A stretch of DNA of 64,000 nucleotides from Octopus sinensis. Lineage: Eukaryota. Below, piece after piece: positions 39,693-53,954 of the stretch; the first letter of the stretch is position 1; every line of letters starts with the position of its first letter. The translations under genes and the position numbers were made by a program. The notes under the pieces were generated by a model that saw nothing but the letters and a program-made list of their open reading frames with translations, was not told the DNA's origin and ran no database searches. The stretch covers positions 12,276,001 through 12,340,000 of the forward strand of contig NC_042998.1 in NCBI RefSeq assembly GCF_006345805.1, given 5' to 3'.

Positions 39693-41502
39693 ATATGAAG
39701 AAAACGTGGTGCGTATAGTTAGAATATTCAAGGTTTACTCGACCAGATTGTTCGACCTGAGGCTAACTAAAGAGCAACAACAGTAGTAACAATTGAAAGA
39801 AAGAGCCAGAAGAGAATCAGCAGTAAATACAACAAATCAGAAACATAATCAGCAACCACAACAACAAAAACAGGCATCCGCCATCAAATGGGACATCTGC
39901 GTCCATGACTGATAGCTACCATTTCAATTATTAAAAAAATAAATTGAAATTTGAAATCAATTCCCAAAGTAATCAAACAGGCTTTCAATTTTCTCTGATG
40001 TCTTCTTATCTTTCAAATTACTTTTATCTCTCTCTTCTAATAGTTTGTTTTCATCAAGTTTCATTTTATAATCTGTTTTTGGTTTTTTACACTATTATTA
40101 CTAAAACCTCAGCTGATGTCGCTTACACTAATCACGTCATTGTTTGGTATACACTGTTGTTTATGTATGTATGTATGTATGTATGTATGTATGTATGTAT
40201 GTATGTATGTATGTATGCATGCATATATGTATGTATGTAAATATGTATCAACGTATTTGGATGTGTGTGTTTGAGTGTTTATGTATATGTCTATGTGTAT
40301 ATGTAACCAAACACTTATGTAGTTTATCTATATACACATTTATACAATAGTTTCTTTTAGTATTATTATTAATTATAATATAAATGTTGTTACTACTGTC
40401 GATCAACAAATCAACCATGAGCATTTTTGGCTTTGTTTTTGTACTACAAAGACTGTATTTAGATTTGCAATACTCAGTTTGTTTTCTTTTCTGAATGCCG
40501 AAGGGTATGTTATGTGGAAGAATTCGTTCTCCTTTTTACTAGTTTATCGACCATATTGATCTTAGGTTCTTAAAGTGGGCGATGTCACCCCTGGTGTGTG
40601 GTGGAAAATTAGTTATAGGTCCCGAGGACAAACGGCGTAGCAGGGATCATATTTACACCTTCAGTCATTTTTAGACTTTATCTTATATTTAAATATCAAC
40701 TCTAAAACATTTTAAATACAATGTCGTAAACTACTTGTTAACCATAATCACAACATCAACAATGATAATAGACTTCGAAGTGTAAAAATATAAATAAACA
40801 AAACTGTATATATACTATGCAATAGAAAAGACATTGACAAAATTAGTGGCTGTTCCATTCATACAATGAAGAACACCACTGCCCTTATAGCGTTGCACGA
40901 GTCCTATTTCGCATATAATCATTTATGATATACAGATGCTTGAACGTTGTCGATTTTGGCTATGAGTATTATTTGCTTATTTCAATCTACACACATGTAC
41001 AAACAGACACGCGAAAACTTTCATGTAGGCAGAGCAATGAACAAAAGCGTTTGTGAACATATAGAAAATACAACTAGAAATCGGAATATAAAGATAAGTT
41101 TCTGCTAGGAGCAGGTGCAGTATATATGAAACACACAGAATACATATTTGAGCCTGGTAGTAGCCAGGTACTAATCGTTGGGCCAAGGAGTTACAAACCA
41201 AGGAGTTGGAAAAACACGTAGGTATATATTTATACATGAGCGTACAGAAACATGTATGCATAAATATATTTATATATATTTGCATGCTTCTTGGTTAGTG
41301 TTCTCAAGTAGCAGAGGCTCAGTCTTTATCGAGCAGAACTAAACGTGTATGAATATGTGAGTCACATATTCATAGCTAAAGTCACTCAACAATTTTTTCT
41401 CTCTGTGGTCCTACCTGAAGTTTACTACGAAAATAAATGTAAAATCTGAGGAGAAAAGTCTGCTAGTATTTTCTTCATTGTCCAGTCTATCTCCACATAC
41501 CT

Positions 41503-41730
41503 ATTTCTTTATTACCTACAAAGGGCTAAACATAGAGGGGACAAATAAGGACAGACATAGGTATTAAGTCGATTACATCGACCCCAGTGCGTAACTGGTA
41601 CTTAATCTATCGATCCCGAAAGGATGAAAGGCAAAGTCGACCTCGGCGGAATTTGAACTCACAACGTAACGCAGACGAAATACCGCTAAGCATTTCGCCC
41701 GGCGTGCTAACGTTTCTGCCAGCTCGCCAC
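41503..41730 (-). mobile_element. Family B SINE, young
   Basis: Near-identical to 43136-43370; direct repeat CCACATACCT at 41493-41502 and 41727-41736, overlapping the head by a few bases. Confidence 0.9.
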
Positions 41731-42589
41731 ATACCTGTTGCTGTTGTTATTTACACATGTGTTAACTGTAAGCAACTAACCCAGAAATTAAAGGTATTAC
41801 TGCCATGACCATTATTATAGCCATGATAGGAATTTGGATTGCATTATCTAACGAGTTCTTTTTGAAGACTGTATGGGCTGATTAGATGCTGTACCTGCAG
41901 TTTCTAGCAGGTTGAACGAACATGTAGAGACTCATTGTTTCATGTGTTATTTGAGATTCGAGAGGTGACTACAGGTGAGCTGGACATATAAGTCAGGGTG
42001 CAACAGTTACTTTTCTTTCGCATTTAACATTAGTGGTGTGAATCTCAGCACAATGATTGGGATTACGTAAGTGTGTGACTTTATTTTAATGTTCGTCTGC
42101 ACTGAGTAGGCAGTAAAATGCTCTTACAACGGTGTTGCTATGTATTCTGTTATGTCACAGATGTGTCTGTTTCATTAGAATGACTGCTTGTAATAATCAA
42201 AACGGTGAGTATTGGAGGTGCTGCCTTATCAAACAGTGAATCTGATTTGTCTGCGTCCTCTTTTACTATTTGATAATGGTTATTGTTCCTATGGCTGGCC
42301 AAGTTTGCAAATCGTTTACGATCTCCCGTTGACGTAAGTTCAGATAATTTACGACGCAATTGAGAAATGCATAAATGTCGAAACCTCATATCTCTCCCTT
42401 CTATTATGTGGTTTCAATGAAGCATTAATGGCAATGAAAGAGAAAACAAAAGATAAAAACGATAGAAGAGCGAGAAAGTTATTTTCCCCAATGTTGTAGC
42501 TTTATGCCTTAATGAAATAGCATTGTAAGAATTGTTGCTGTAGGAGCTGATATTGGTGGCGACGGTGCAAGTAGTAATAGCAGTAGTAG

Positions 42590-42600
42590 CAGTAGTAATT

Positions 42601-42657
<57 letters not shown>
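42590..42657. repeat. (TAG)n microsatellite
   Basis: Read directly. Confidence 0.95.
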
Positions 42658-43135
42658 ATATTTTTTGTGTTGTCCTATTTATCTGTTGCAATCGTAGTTC
42701 CTGCAGAAAATGGCTGTTGTTCATATTGTTGATGTTCATTTTGTTGAAAGTGCTGTCACATAATCACAAAGAAGGGAGGCATGTTACATTTTTAATGCAC
42801 TTTCATACTTAAAGTGGATTTCTTGCCTTTAAATAAAGAATTGTCCGTGTCAATATGCTGAATAGTGTCTCCCCTACTGGACGGGGCGAATCCTATGAAA
42901 AAATATCTCGTTTATTAATCTGACAATAGGTGAGGAAGTATGATGACCAACTGCATCGCAGCCCTGCTTATAACCCAGTCTAGTCCAGAAATGCACTGAA
43001 CGAAAACTACAAGGAGCGCTATGAAAGATATCGGAAAGGAATTTGACCGTTGGCCTCTTGGTGGTCGTTACTTTTGTAACTCTAAATGGGTAGGTGTTGA
43101 ACGCGGACGCATACTGTAAAGGCGTGTAATTAAAA

Positions 43136-43370
43136 GGTGGCGAGCTGGCAGAAACGTTAGCACGCCGGGCGAAGTGCTTTGCGGTATTTCGTTTGCAGTT
43201 ACGTTGTGAGTTCAAATTCCGCCGAGGTCGACTTTGCCTTTCATCCTTTCGGGGTCGATAAATTAAGTACCAGTTACGCACTGGGGTCGATGTAATCGAC
43301 ATAATCCGTTTGTCTGTCCTTGTTTGTCCTCACTGTGTTTAGCCCCTTGTGGGTAGTAAAGAAATTGGTA
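43136..43370 (+). mobile_element. Family B SINE, full length, 11-bp TSD
   Basis: tRNA-like head with B box GAGTTCAAATTCC; TGTAATTAAAA at 43125-43135 and 43371-43381. Confidence 0.92.
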
Positions 43371-43456
43371 TGTAATTAAAAAACGATATGGAATTTAAAA
43401 GCCTGTTAACTCAAGAAATCGTAAAATGCTTTCGGCTGTGCCTTACAGATGGTGAG

Positions 43457-43729
43457 GAGAGAAATGTTTTAAGCCTAGTAGCGCAGGCCAGAAAGGAGAG
43501 AAATGTTTTAAGCCTAGTAGCGCAAGCCAGAAAGGAGAGAAATGTTTTAAGCCTAGTAGCGCAAGCCAGAAAGGAGAGAAATGTTTTAAGTCTAGTAGCG
43601 CAGGCCAGAAAGGAGAGAAATGTTTTAAGCCTAGTAGCGCAAGCCAGAAAGGAGAGAAATGTTTTACGCCTTGTAGCGCAAGCCAGAAAGGAGAGAAATG
43701 TTTTACGCCTTGTAGCGCAAGCCACAAGG
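43457..43729 (+). repeat. 39-bp tandem repeat x7, open as (ERNVL[S/R]LVAQARK)n
   Basis: Units aligned by hand; lies inside ORF 43388-43813. Confidence 0.95.
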
Positions 43730-44613
43730 CTCAACTGCTACACATATCGTTGTAAGGATAATGTAATATCTTCCTACTCTGAAGACTTACTTGCATCAAA
43801 ACGAAAGGAATGATGTTCATTGTAACAGTAGCAACAAATTACTGGTACTGCTGCTTTTAGGATACTCTCTACTATGGAAACACTCAAGAGGTCAATTCGT
43901 TTACGTTCTCAAGAAATGGCGAATACGAAACATCCCCGAAACTAAGTGAACTCTTCTGTCCCATAGATATATGCAGCAGCAGCAGCAGCAGCAGCAGCAG
44001 CACAGCAGCAGCAGCAGCAGTAGCAGCAGTATCCTGTTACCGTGAACCTTTTTTGAGTTAACGTGAGTGAAAAAGGCTACAAAATTTTCTAAACAAAGGG
44101 GCGTTTCAGTGTACGTCATGTGTTTGTCTGTTCTACAACGTGGGCTTGAAACCATATTGGGGTACTTTGGAATGTATAATGAGGACTGAAGTTGTGTGGT
44201 CGCTCCTCAGCCACGTGCTGTTTATTTATGATTCTTTATGTACAATACATTCATATATTGTTTTAATTATTTTGGGTGAGAAGAGAAATTAAAATAGAAA
44301 GATAAGGTAAGGCATGATTGGTGGCAGCGACATCAGTATTCCTCGAAGCAAGTCCATTATTGATGCCTTTACTGCAATATCTTCTTACAGCGCCGAAAAT
44401 TGACTGAACAGAAACAGTTGTAGAATACAAAAGAATGAGAAATTATTGATCCCTGATTCCAGAATACTCTTTATCAGAACATTCATTTACATTTGAATAG
44501 TTAAATTCAAATTTCGTAAGTGGCTAATTTTCTGGATGTTACGTTTTCGGCAGTAGGATTTCTTATTGTTATACCTTACAGATATTTCAGTAATGATATA
44601 CATATGTGAAATT

Positions 44614-45100
44614 AGTTAGTTAGTTAGTTAATTTTTTGGTTCAAAAAGCAAAAAGCAAGGCCATGTAGGGGGACATGGAGTTATGTACAGGGTGGTGTTC
44701 ATGTAAAGAGTTCAGGCCACTTGAGGTCAAGGGAGACTTTGAACCGAGCGGTCGTCGGCATCTTCACCATCTCGTCTGGCAGCTTATTCCACGGATCCGC
44801 AATCCGGACGGAGAAAGCTCCTCTCCTTCGATTGAGATGAAATCGTCGCAGATAGAGCTTTTCGGAATGACCCCGCAGCCGACGCTCTGGAGCAGGAGTG
44901 AAGAACAGCTCTTTCGAGAGGTTACTATCCTCATTCGAAACGTTGGGTTGTTTGCTTTAGAAGTTCGCTTTGCAGGTGTACAGACCCGCATTTTGATTTT
45001 CTTGTAAGGAACATTTGTAAAAGCCTTGCAACATGCTTTCAGGTCAACCACACTCGTGTCAGTTACACATTTGAAAGAAAACCGCGCAGGGACCGGCCAA
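44614..45100 (-). mobile_element. CR1 LINE 3' end (different subfamily) with (AACT)n tail
   Basis: RGHSEKLYLRRFHLNRRRGAFSVRIADPWNKLPDEMVKMPTTARFKVSLDLKWPELFT. Confidence 0.8.
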
Positions 45101-45119
45101 ACGCCTGAACATAGACAAT

Positions 45120-45152
<33 letters not shown>

Positions 45153-45699
45153 CGACACGCATAAACACATACAGCTTTCGCATACAAACATACACAATGC
45201 ACATGCACACTATAGGGTCACATACTCACACACATGCACACACACATACACATGCATACATACACGCGTGCACACACCACCCGAATAAGCTCACATGAAC
45301 TGCTGGACAAAAGTATTTGCACGCGTACACTCACACACGCACACACACGATAGCCTCACATACATATACACACGTCCATATACGCACGCACTCAAATACA
45401 CGAAACTCACATCACTCCACACAACGCTAGCACTAGGTTACTTATACACATACACACACACATGATAACACCACACACATGCACACAGGTCCATACGCAC
45501 ACATAGACACCAGTACATGAAACGCACTTCCTTCCACAAAATGTTCGCAGCAGGTTTCTTTTACACGTACACACACACACACAGGGTCACATAATTTCAA
45601 GCTCACTCACTCACACATTTACACGCACTCGCGCATTCACGCATAGCCACTCACACACACCATTCTCACATACATCCCCGCGACTGGGCACCCTAGTTT

Positions 45700-45955
45700 G
45701 GCCGAGTCATCGTTATTAACTCCCTTTCACTCAATCTCTTTCTTACGGCCATTTCATCATGTTGAACCGTTATTCCCTACATATTTTCCCCTCTCCCCGT
45801 TTCTTTCGCTTTCTTCATTCTTTACTCTCAGTCCTTTCTGTCGCAGAGCTTTGGCCCAAAACCTCAAGGATTTTCCATTCTTCCCGAGCGGTAAACTAAT
45901 ACACCTGCTTGTTGTTCCTTCTGTATCCGTCTTTAGCTTTTTTGTTTTAATTTGA
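45700..45955 (+). mobile_element. Old, degenerate relative of the hammerhead-bearing element
   Basis: ttt-CTGtCGc-A-GAGC-tttg-GCcC-aAAAC-CTC-aagg at 45835-45869; downstream 'ttcccgagcggtaaactaataca' matches the 62787-62990 copy. Confidence 0.55.
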
Positions 45956-45973
45956 ACTATATATATATATATA

Positions 45974-46306
<333 letters not shown>

Positions 46307-48024
46307 ATATCTGTTTGGTATGGAAATAAAAACGGTTTGTGAAAGGAAAAGATAACATAACTTGCAATATTTTGAGCCGTATTGGTTTCATTCTTCTCTT
46401 TGCCGTCTCTTCAAATGATTGACAAAGTAAGCACACGATTAAGTAATGCCTTGGATATGACTGACTAAATGCCTTCAAAGTGTTTCGTAGTGTAGTCACA
46501 TTCTACTCATTGAGACCAGTGAAAAATAAAGATGAAGAACGTATAAAGCATGACAATGTAATATTTACAAAAGTACGGAGATAAATGGGCAAACGTCTCG
46601 CCGACGATTGTTTATACGAACATGATATAATTGTGTATCGTTGCTTTTTTAGTTGATCATAAAAGTAGTTTCCTACGTTGTTTGCATCACGCCTCAATTT
46701 ATAGGGATAGAAGTGTGACTGATGTTCAGTTATGATAATCACCAACCGAACAATTCCACACCCTATCAATCAGAACTGTCTTCACAATTAAAATCTAATT
46801 ATTTTTTACCTAACATTAACCCTTTGGTAATAAACAAATTATGAGTTTTGTGGTTACAAGAACATAGGTGAATAATTCTGTATGATTATTCAAATGCATC
46901 GAAGTGTTAGCCTAAACGGAAATGATCTCTTTAACCCGAAGGTCAATAGATCCGCTTGGGAATGCAATGTTATGAGAAAATTTGTAGAAAAAAATCAACT
47001 GATTACCATTTGATTTTGATAGAATTCCTATTTTTATGCTTTCACTTTTAAATCAGCTACCCCGTTTTACGCTAGTTACCTTTAATAGTTTTCTAACATA
47101 CATCCCTTATGATATAGTAGGTAATTTTATTATCTGTAAAGTTGATCGGCCACTCTGTAACTTTCGTTATAGGACTAAGATATATTGTTTTACAAGTACA
47201 CACAACATAGTTAATTGCTTTCCAATATAGCTATCGGCTTCATTAAATTTGTTTATTATTCTCTGAAAGAAAGCTGCAGGATAACTCGGTATTGGAACTG
47301 AATTGCCTTTGTGGATATCGTATTTTCTATGATCCTTTATTTTTAGTTATCTGTCTTAGAAATTTCCTGATGCTTGCTTCACTTGTGTTATCATCAAACA
47401 TTGTTTTGGATTTCCTTCTACTTCACCGTTGCCACTTTCAACTACATATATATTCTGCATTTTCCCTCAATGATATAATTGTCTTGATATTTAAAAGAGT
47501 GATCCCCTTAGATTTGACACTTGCCTTCTTGATAAAAATATATGAGTTCATGGGAACAATACATTAAGATGAAAAGTAGGATAATAATTCTCTTTCAAAG
47601 AACTGCATTAATCTAAATTTCAACTATAGAATATACCCAGAGAGATTTTATGTGCGCCTTAATGAATTTTTCTATGCCATCATTGATGTGATATAATTTT
47701 CGTTTGCTTATTCATTGAACTGCGAGTTGTTTGATGTTATTTCTCAAAAGCTGAAGCACAATTCCGTTAATATAGTGTACAACAATGCATCTTACTCGTG
47801 CTTTTCAAACTTTTCATGTATGAGTTGTATTAAAAAGCGTTTCATGCAACTATTTTATTAATAACGTTTCATAAGAAACAATGCCATATGCATCAATATA
47901 CTTACACGCACACACACAGACACACACACACACACAAGCAAGTACGTATGCGAGTGTGTGTGAGTATTTGTATGTATATATGTGTATTCACGAACGTGTT
48001 TCTATACATATATGTATCTTTACA

Positions 48025-48056
<32 letters not shown>

Positions 48057-48132
48057 TATATGTGTGTGTTTATATATGTATATGTATATTTACATGTATG
48101 TATGAAAAAACACACATGCACACACACACACA

Positions 48133-48172
<40 letters not shown>

Positions 48173-49788
48173 GCAAAAATAAATATAGCAGGACACTCGC
48201 ACACACATATGTGAAAATAGATTGTTTGTAAAACCCAAAGAAATGAAATATACGCTAATTAAACATATTGTGTATATCTTCAGCCTGGCAATTCATTCAT
48301 AAGCACTTAACCGCTCATAGAAGTAAATCTACATTTTTTTTTCACCAGAAACATTTAAGGTCTCTGCTCCAGTATTTCACATTGTTTCACAAAATCTACA
48401 GAGTTATTCCTGAAATGCAGATTTCTTGTCTTTGTATTTCAATAATATATTGAATTAATATTCAATTATATATTGAAACAAGCACTTTATATAATCATTA
48501 AAGCATATGTGGTTTCAGTCCTTCCCTTAGAACATAGTTGAGTTGATTGTTTCATGGTGTTGTCATTGTAGGAAGAGTAGCACCTACGATATATTGGTAA
48601 AGACCTTGAGATTGAAGGATATGCAGGTATGCAAGTCAAAGTTTGCATCGCAAGAATCTGAACTCAGAAGGTAACAAGTTTGGATACATAACGGTAGGGT
48701 TTATGCCAACGCTCTTATAATTTTGTCACATCAATAATAATAATAATACTTTCTACAAAAAGCACAAGGTTTGAAATCAGTGGGGAGATCCCTGTGTTTC
48801 GCTTGTACTTGATTTATCGACTTCGAAAGTAAGAAAAGCAAAGTCGACCTCGGCTGAATTTGAACTTAGAAACTTATGCCCATTTTTGATGCATTTTGTA
48901 GAGGGAATAACCGATGAGCCATCCTAATGAGCATGGCAGTAAATTGTCTTCATGGAAAACCATAAGACACCATTGATACGTCTTGACCAAGGATGAGCTT
49001 AAGCTAACAAATAATTGTTATTAACATAGGTACAAGGCTTCCTTTTTTGTGAGACAGTTACTAAATTTCATCACTGGCAAAATCAGACTGTCACTATGTA
49101 TCTACGTCGAAAGTAAGAAAGTATGATATGACCGGAGAGTCTAAGGAGCCAGAAGAATTTCCGCCGCAGAGTATTTCGTTCGACAATCTAAATAACTTTT
49201 GCTCATCGATAGAGGAAGAGATGTGACAACTGCATTGTTCAAATCTACCGACGCGTTATTAAGAACGCGAATATATCAGGCTCCAGTAAGAATCAGTAGG
49301 TAATGTGCTTGATGAATTCTATGAAAGATGAAGCGCTATTCTTTTATAGCCTCATTAATATGGAGTAGCTTCGAGCGAAGGGACACAAAAAAATTCCAAA
49401 ACGGCGGTGTCTCAAAGTCCCTTACGTCAACGAATCGAGTTTGTTCTCAAAAGAGAGATGTTCACCGAAGGCAAGATACAACAACGTTTAATATATCCTC
49501 GTTCAAATCTATAATTTCGCTAGATGTATTAAGAATGAATATACCATAGTTATTATTCATACTATTCGACATGCACACACGCACACTCACACTCACAATC
49601 ACTCTCACACAGACAGACACACATACACATACACACACATGCACGACACACATAGATATATGCATATATATATATATATACACACACACATACATACAGT
49701 ATAAGAATATATATGCATACATATGTGTGTGTATATATATACATTTATATACGTACATACATACACCCCACATATATATATACACATA

Positions 49789-49953
49789 TACGACGGGCTT
49801 CTTTCAGTTTCCGTCTACCAAATCCACTCACAAGGCTTTGGTCGGCCCGAGGCTATAGTAGAAGACACTTGCCCAAGGTGCCACGTAGTAGGACTGAACC
49901 CAGAACCATGTGGTTGATAAACAAGCTACTTACCACACAGCCACACCTGCGCC
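49789..49953 (-). mobile_element. Family A SINE, 5' half
   Basis: Head and CORE-like part; runs into microsatellite. Confidence 0.88.
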
Positions 49954-50259
49954 TATATATATAAATAAATAATATATATAAATAAATAATTCCCATGTAG
50001 CTTTTGGTCGACCGTGAGAGAGAGAAAGAGAGATAGACGGAGTGCAAGGGGAGAGGAGAGAGACGCAGAGAGAAAGACAAAGTGGCTTGTTCATTCACAC
50101 ATTCGCACAAACAAATGTGATATCAGAACACACATATTTTGTTTATTCATTGGCAGAACGAAAACAACGAACTAAAGAAAATAGTCTATTAGCAGTGGAA
50201 ACGGTAATGTCTAAATAAATAAATAAATAAATGTGACAATTATATGCTTCTGTCTAAAA

Positions 50260-50774
<515 letters not shown>

Positions 50775-50784
50775 TATATATATA

Positions 50785-50872
<88 letters not shown>

Positions 50873-53298
50873 AACAATTTATAAATAAGCAAATAACTAA
50901 AACGTTAAAATACGAAAGAAATGAGAGGACATTCTCTTACACGTAAACAAGAATAATAAAAGACTTCTTTTTTTCATATCATGGTCTAATTATGTTGTTT
51001 TTGTAAAGATAAGTATACTTTCGCTTTTTAATGAAAATAGTGAATAGTTTTCATTCGGGAAATTTGAAAGTATTTGTTCATTTGACAAGAAATAGGATTT
51101 CGGGTTAATTATTATTTACGTGTCAAAAGGATTTTATAGGAATGACGAATACAGTTAACTTAGAATATAAAAAGAAACATAAGGCTGTAATACTAATACA
51201 GTTTAAGTCACAATTATATTGATTCTTGGTAAACCCTACGCTTACACTCAGATGCACGCATCACATGGACACATGATAGCTCTGATATATTCTGAGCTCA
51301 TTCATTCGACCAATTATTGTAAAGTGGAAATACGTAGGGCTTTGCACTTAAACTATTTCACGTTTGTATATAATATGTATATTAATTCGATTATATTCTG
51401 TTTACTGGTATTATATCATAATATGAAATTGCGTTGTCAGTGGATTAGGCTATTTTTCAAGGTTGCTTTGCTTGTATATATTAACAATTAATTGTGTTAA
51501 TGCATTTGGAACCAGATTTAAGTGAGACGTGTATAATACCGGGGGATTTAGCCAAAACCCATTATTCAATAATTAAAATGAATATTGTAATATTTTAGTC
51601 ACATCATGCAAGTTTAAGAGACGATTATGTAGACATTGGAATAAGTAGAAATAGTAGTTTTCCAAAGAATTAATACTTTTTTATTCGGTGTTGTTTCATC
51701 ACAGATATAAGAAATATAAAAAATGTGGTAGATTTTGTTCCTGAATGATACAAATTTTTCTAATATGTCTATATGATGTGGTAATTTCAAAGTATCTATT
51801 TGTCGACTCCGTCAAAATCACCGTGATTTAAAAAAAAAATGAAATACGTATTCTATAATTGAAAAAATAAAAGATACGCTTCTCTTTGTGAAATAGTGCA
51901 TTTCCAAATGGTGGTGGTCTTTTATTTATGAATATCCGTAATCTCCAATAAAATAATATAACAACGTAATGTACCTTCTTAAAACCTTTGCACTAATAAA
52001 TCATATGGCATATTTCTGAACGATGCATAACTCTATAATATTCTTATTACAAGCCAGAAGAGACATAAAGCTCACGATTTGCTCAAATGTACACCACGTA
52101 TAAGAATCTCTGTTAAAAAATCTCACTCAGAATCACAATTTTTCAGTCAATCCACAAATATTCATAGATACTTTTATATTCATAGAAACTACTACAACTT
52201 CTTTTAAATATTGGCCTTAAAGAAAAAAAATACACAAAAGGAACATACTACCAGTCCCAAACATTGCAAAAATAGGAAAAATATCACCTTTACCACAACC
52301 CAACTTCAATAGAGCTATTCAAATATCCATAGCAGACTGTGTTTTAATATGCTTGGAAAACGGTTCAATTTGCTATATATAAACACGTCTAATACTCTTA
52401 CGTTTGCAAACACATTTGCTTCATCTATCAACTTTAGACGAAGTAAGCCAACAACTTTCAATAAAAAAGAATTTTCCATTCTAGTTTCTAGACGTACAGA
52501 CTAATATCACACGAAACAAATACATAGAATTTACCTCAAATACATTTATTTGTTCGTACTATCAACAAACGTTCGCATTCTTAAAAAAGAACATTTCAAA
52601 AATAAAAAAAAACCCAAATATTATCACACAAAATGGGATTACATCACAAGAACAAAATTACAATACGGAAACCACATATAGCCAACTTTTGCCCAACAGA
52701 AACATACGGAATTCTCTTTGCCAAAAAACCCATTACCAATAAACACAATGAAATCATCTCTCCATTAAGTCACAAAACATGCAAAACATTTACATACTTT
52801 ATACTAAATATTCAATTATTAAAGCCAATAGATAAAGCAGCAATATCATAAACCAAGTATTCCGGTCTCCAACGGACAAACTCAAATACGCAATAAGCAC
52901 ATGTACGTACATACATTCATATAAGTATTCCAACACATACAAACGCACATATACACACAAACAAGTGCAAACACACTCAAATATGTCCACATAAGCACAC
53001 GTATATATCTATACATAAATACATAATACACATATGTGAGTATGACTGGGTATCATTTAACATGCCTTCGCTATATAGTCACGAACAATAGATATCAGAG
53101 TTCGTGGGTGTATATATATATATGTGTGTGTGTGTGTATGTATGTATGTATGCATAAACAGTCATTGCTAGGTGAGACTTAGGATAACGAAGCACCTACA
53201 TTGCTGGAAATAAGAGTTAAAATACTCTTCAAACTGTAGGGGGAGCGCATATGTATATGTATGGCATCACGTCGTGCTTCGGTGATTGTATCAATTAT

Positions 53299-53422
<124 letters not shown>

Positions 53423-53454
53423 AATGTGTGTGTGTGTGCGTGTGTATATATATA

Positions 53455-53802
53455 GAATTAAGAGACAGAAACTCCAGCAAAGTAATTCAATCCATAATGA
53501 AAGATATTATCTATAATAAAAAATATAAATTGAAATATATTATTTATATTGTACTAAAATTACTATACTAAATAATATACATTAAATCGACAGGCAACAA
53601 GCGAAAACAAACTCAATTTAGTAATACTAAATCATATTTCCCGATGTATTATATATATATATATAGAATTAAGAGACAGAACATCAATCAAAGCAATTCA
53701 ATCAATAATGAAATATATTATCTATAATAAAATATAAATTTAAATATATTATTAATATTGTACTAAAAATTTATCATACTAAATAATACACATTAAATCG
53801 AC
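53455..53802 (-). repeat. Two diverged 137-bp direct repeats (53455-53591 and 53666-53802), each running into (TA)n
   Basis: Aligned by hand from 'gaattaagagacagaa' to 'cattaaatcgac'. Confidence 0.9.
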
Positions 53803-53906
53803 GACGCGCGTTTCGTGACGATATATACGAATCGACAATATCAAAATCGATAATATCAAAAATAAATGTTAATTCGAACCAATGATACATAGCCACTCTT
53901 CGGGTC
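53800..53906 (-). ncRNA. Type I hammerhead-like ribozyme with U4C core and long helix II
   Basis: Minus strand GAC-CCGAAGA-GTGGC-(72 nt)-GTCAC-GAAAC-GCGC-GTC|GTC; helix I 3 bp, helix II 5 bp plus ~7 bp after a bulge, palindromic ACGCGCGT helix III; predicted cut between 53803 and 53802. Confidence 0.65.
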
Positions 53907-53954
53907 TAAATAACATAAAATAAATTCCCAGTATCAAGGAAGATGTAATAATTA

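Noticed and set aside
43967-44062. 96-nt segment with good acceptor and donor around a CAG/GCA repeat (polyQ/polyA exon?)
   Set aside because: All three frames contain a stop codon before the donor.
46478-46516. Minus-strand GTAG...CTAC-GAAAC hammerhead-like stem
   Set aside because: Core differs at three positions, overlaps a possible GLNE* ORF end, and lacks helix III and helix I.
52000-52850. A/C-rich strand-biased region suggestive of an old LINE 3' end
   Set aside because: No motif could be recovered with enough confidence by hand translation.
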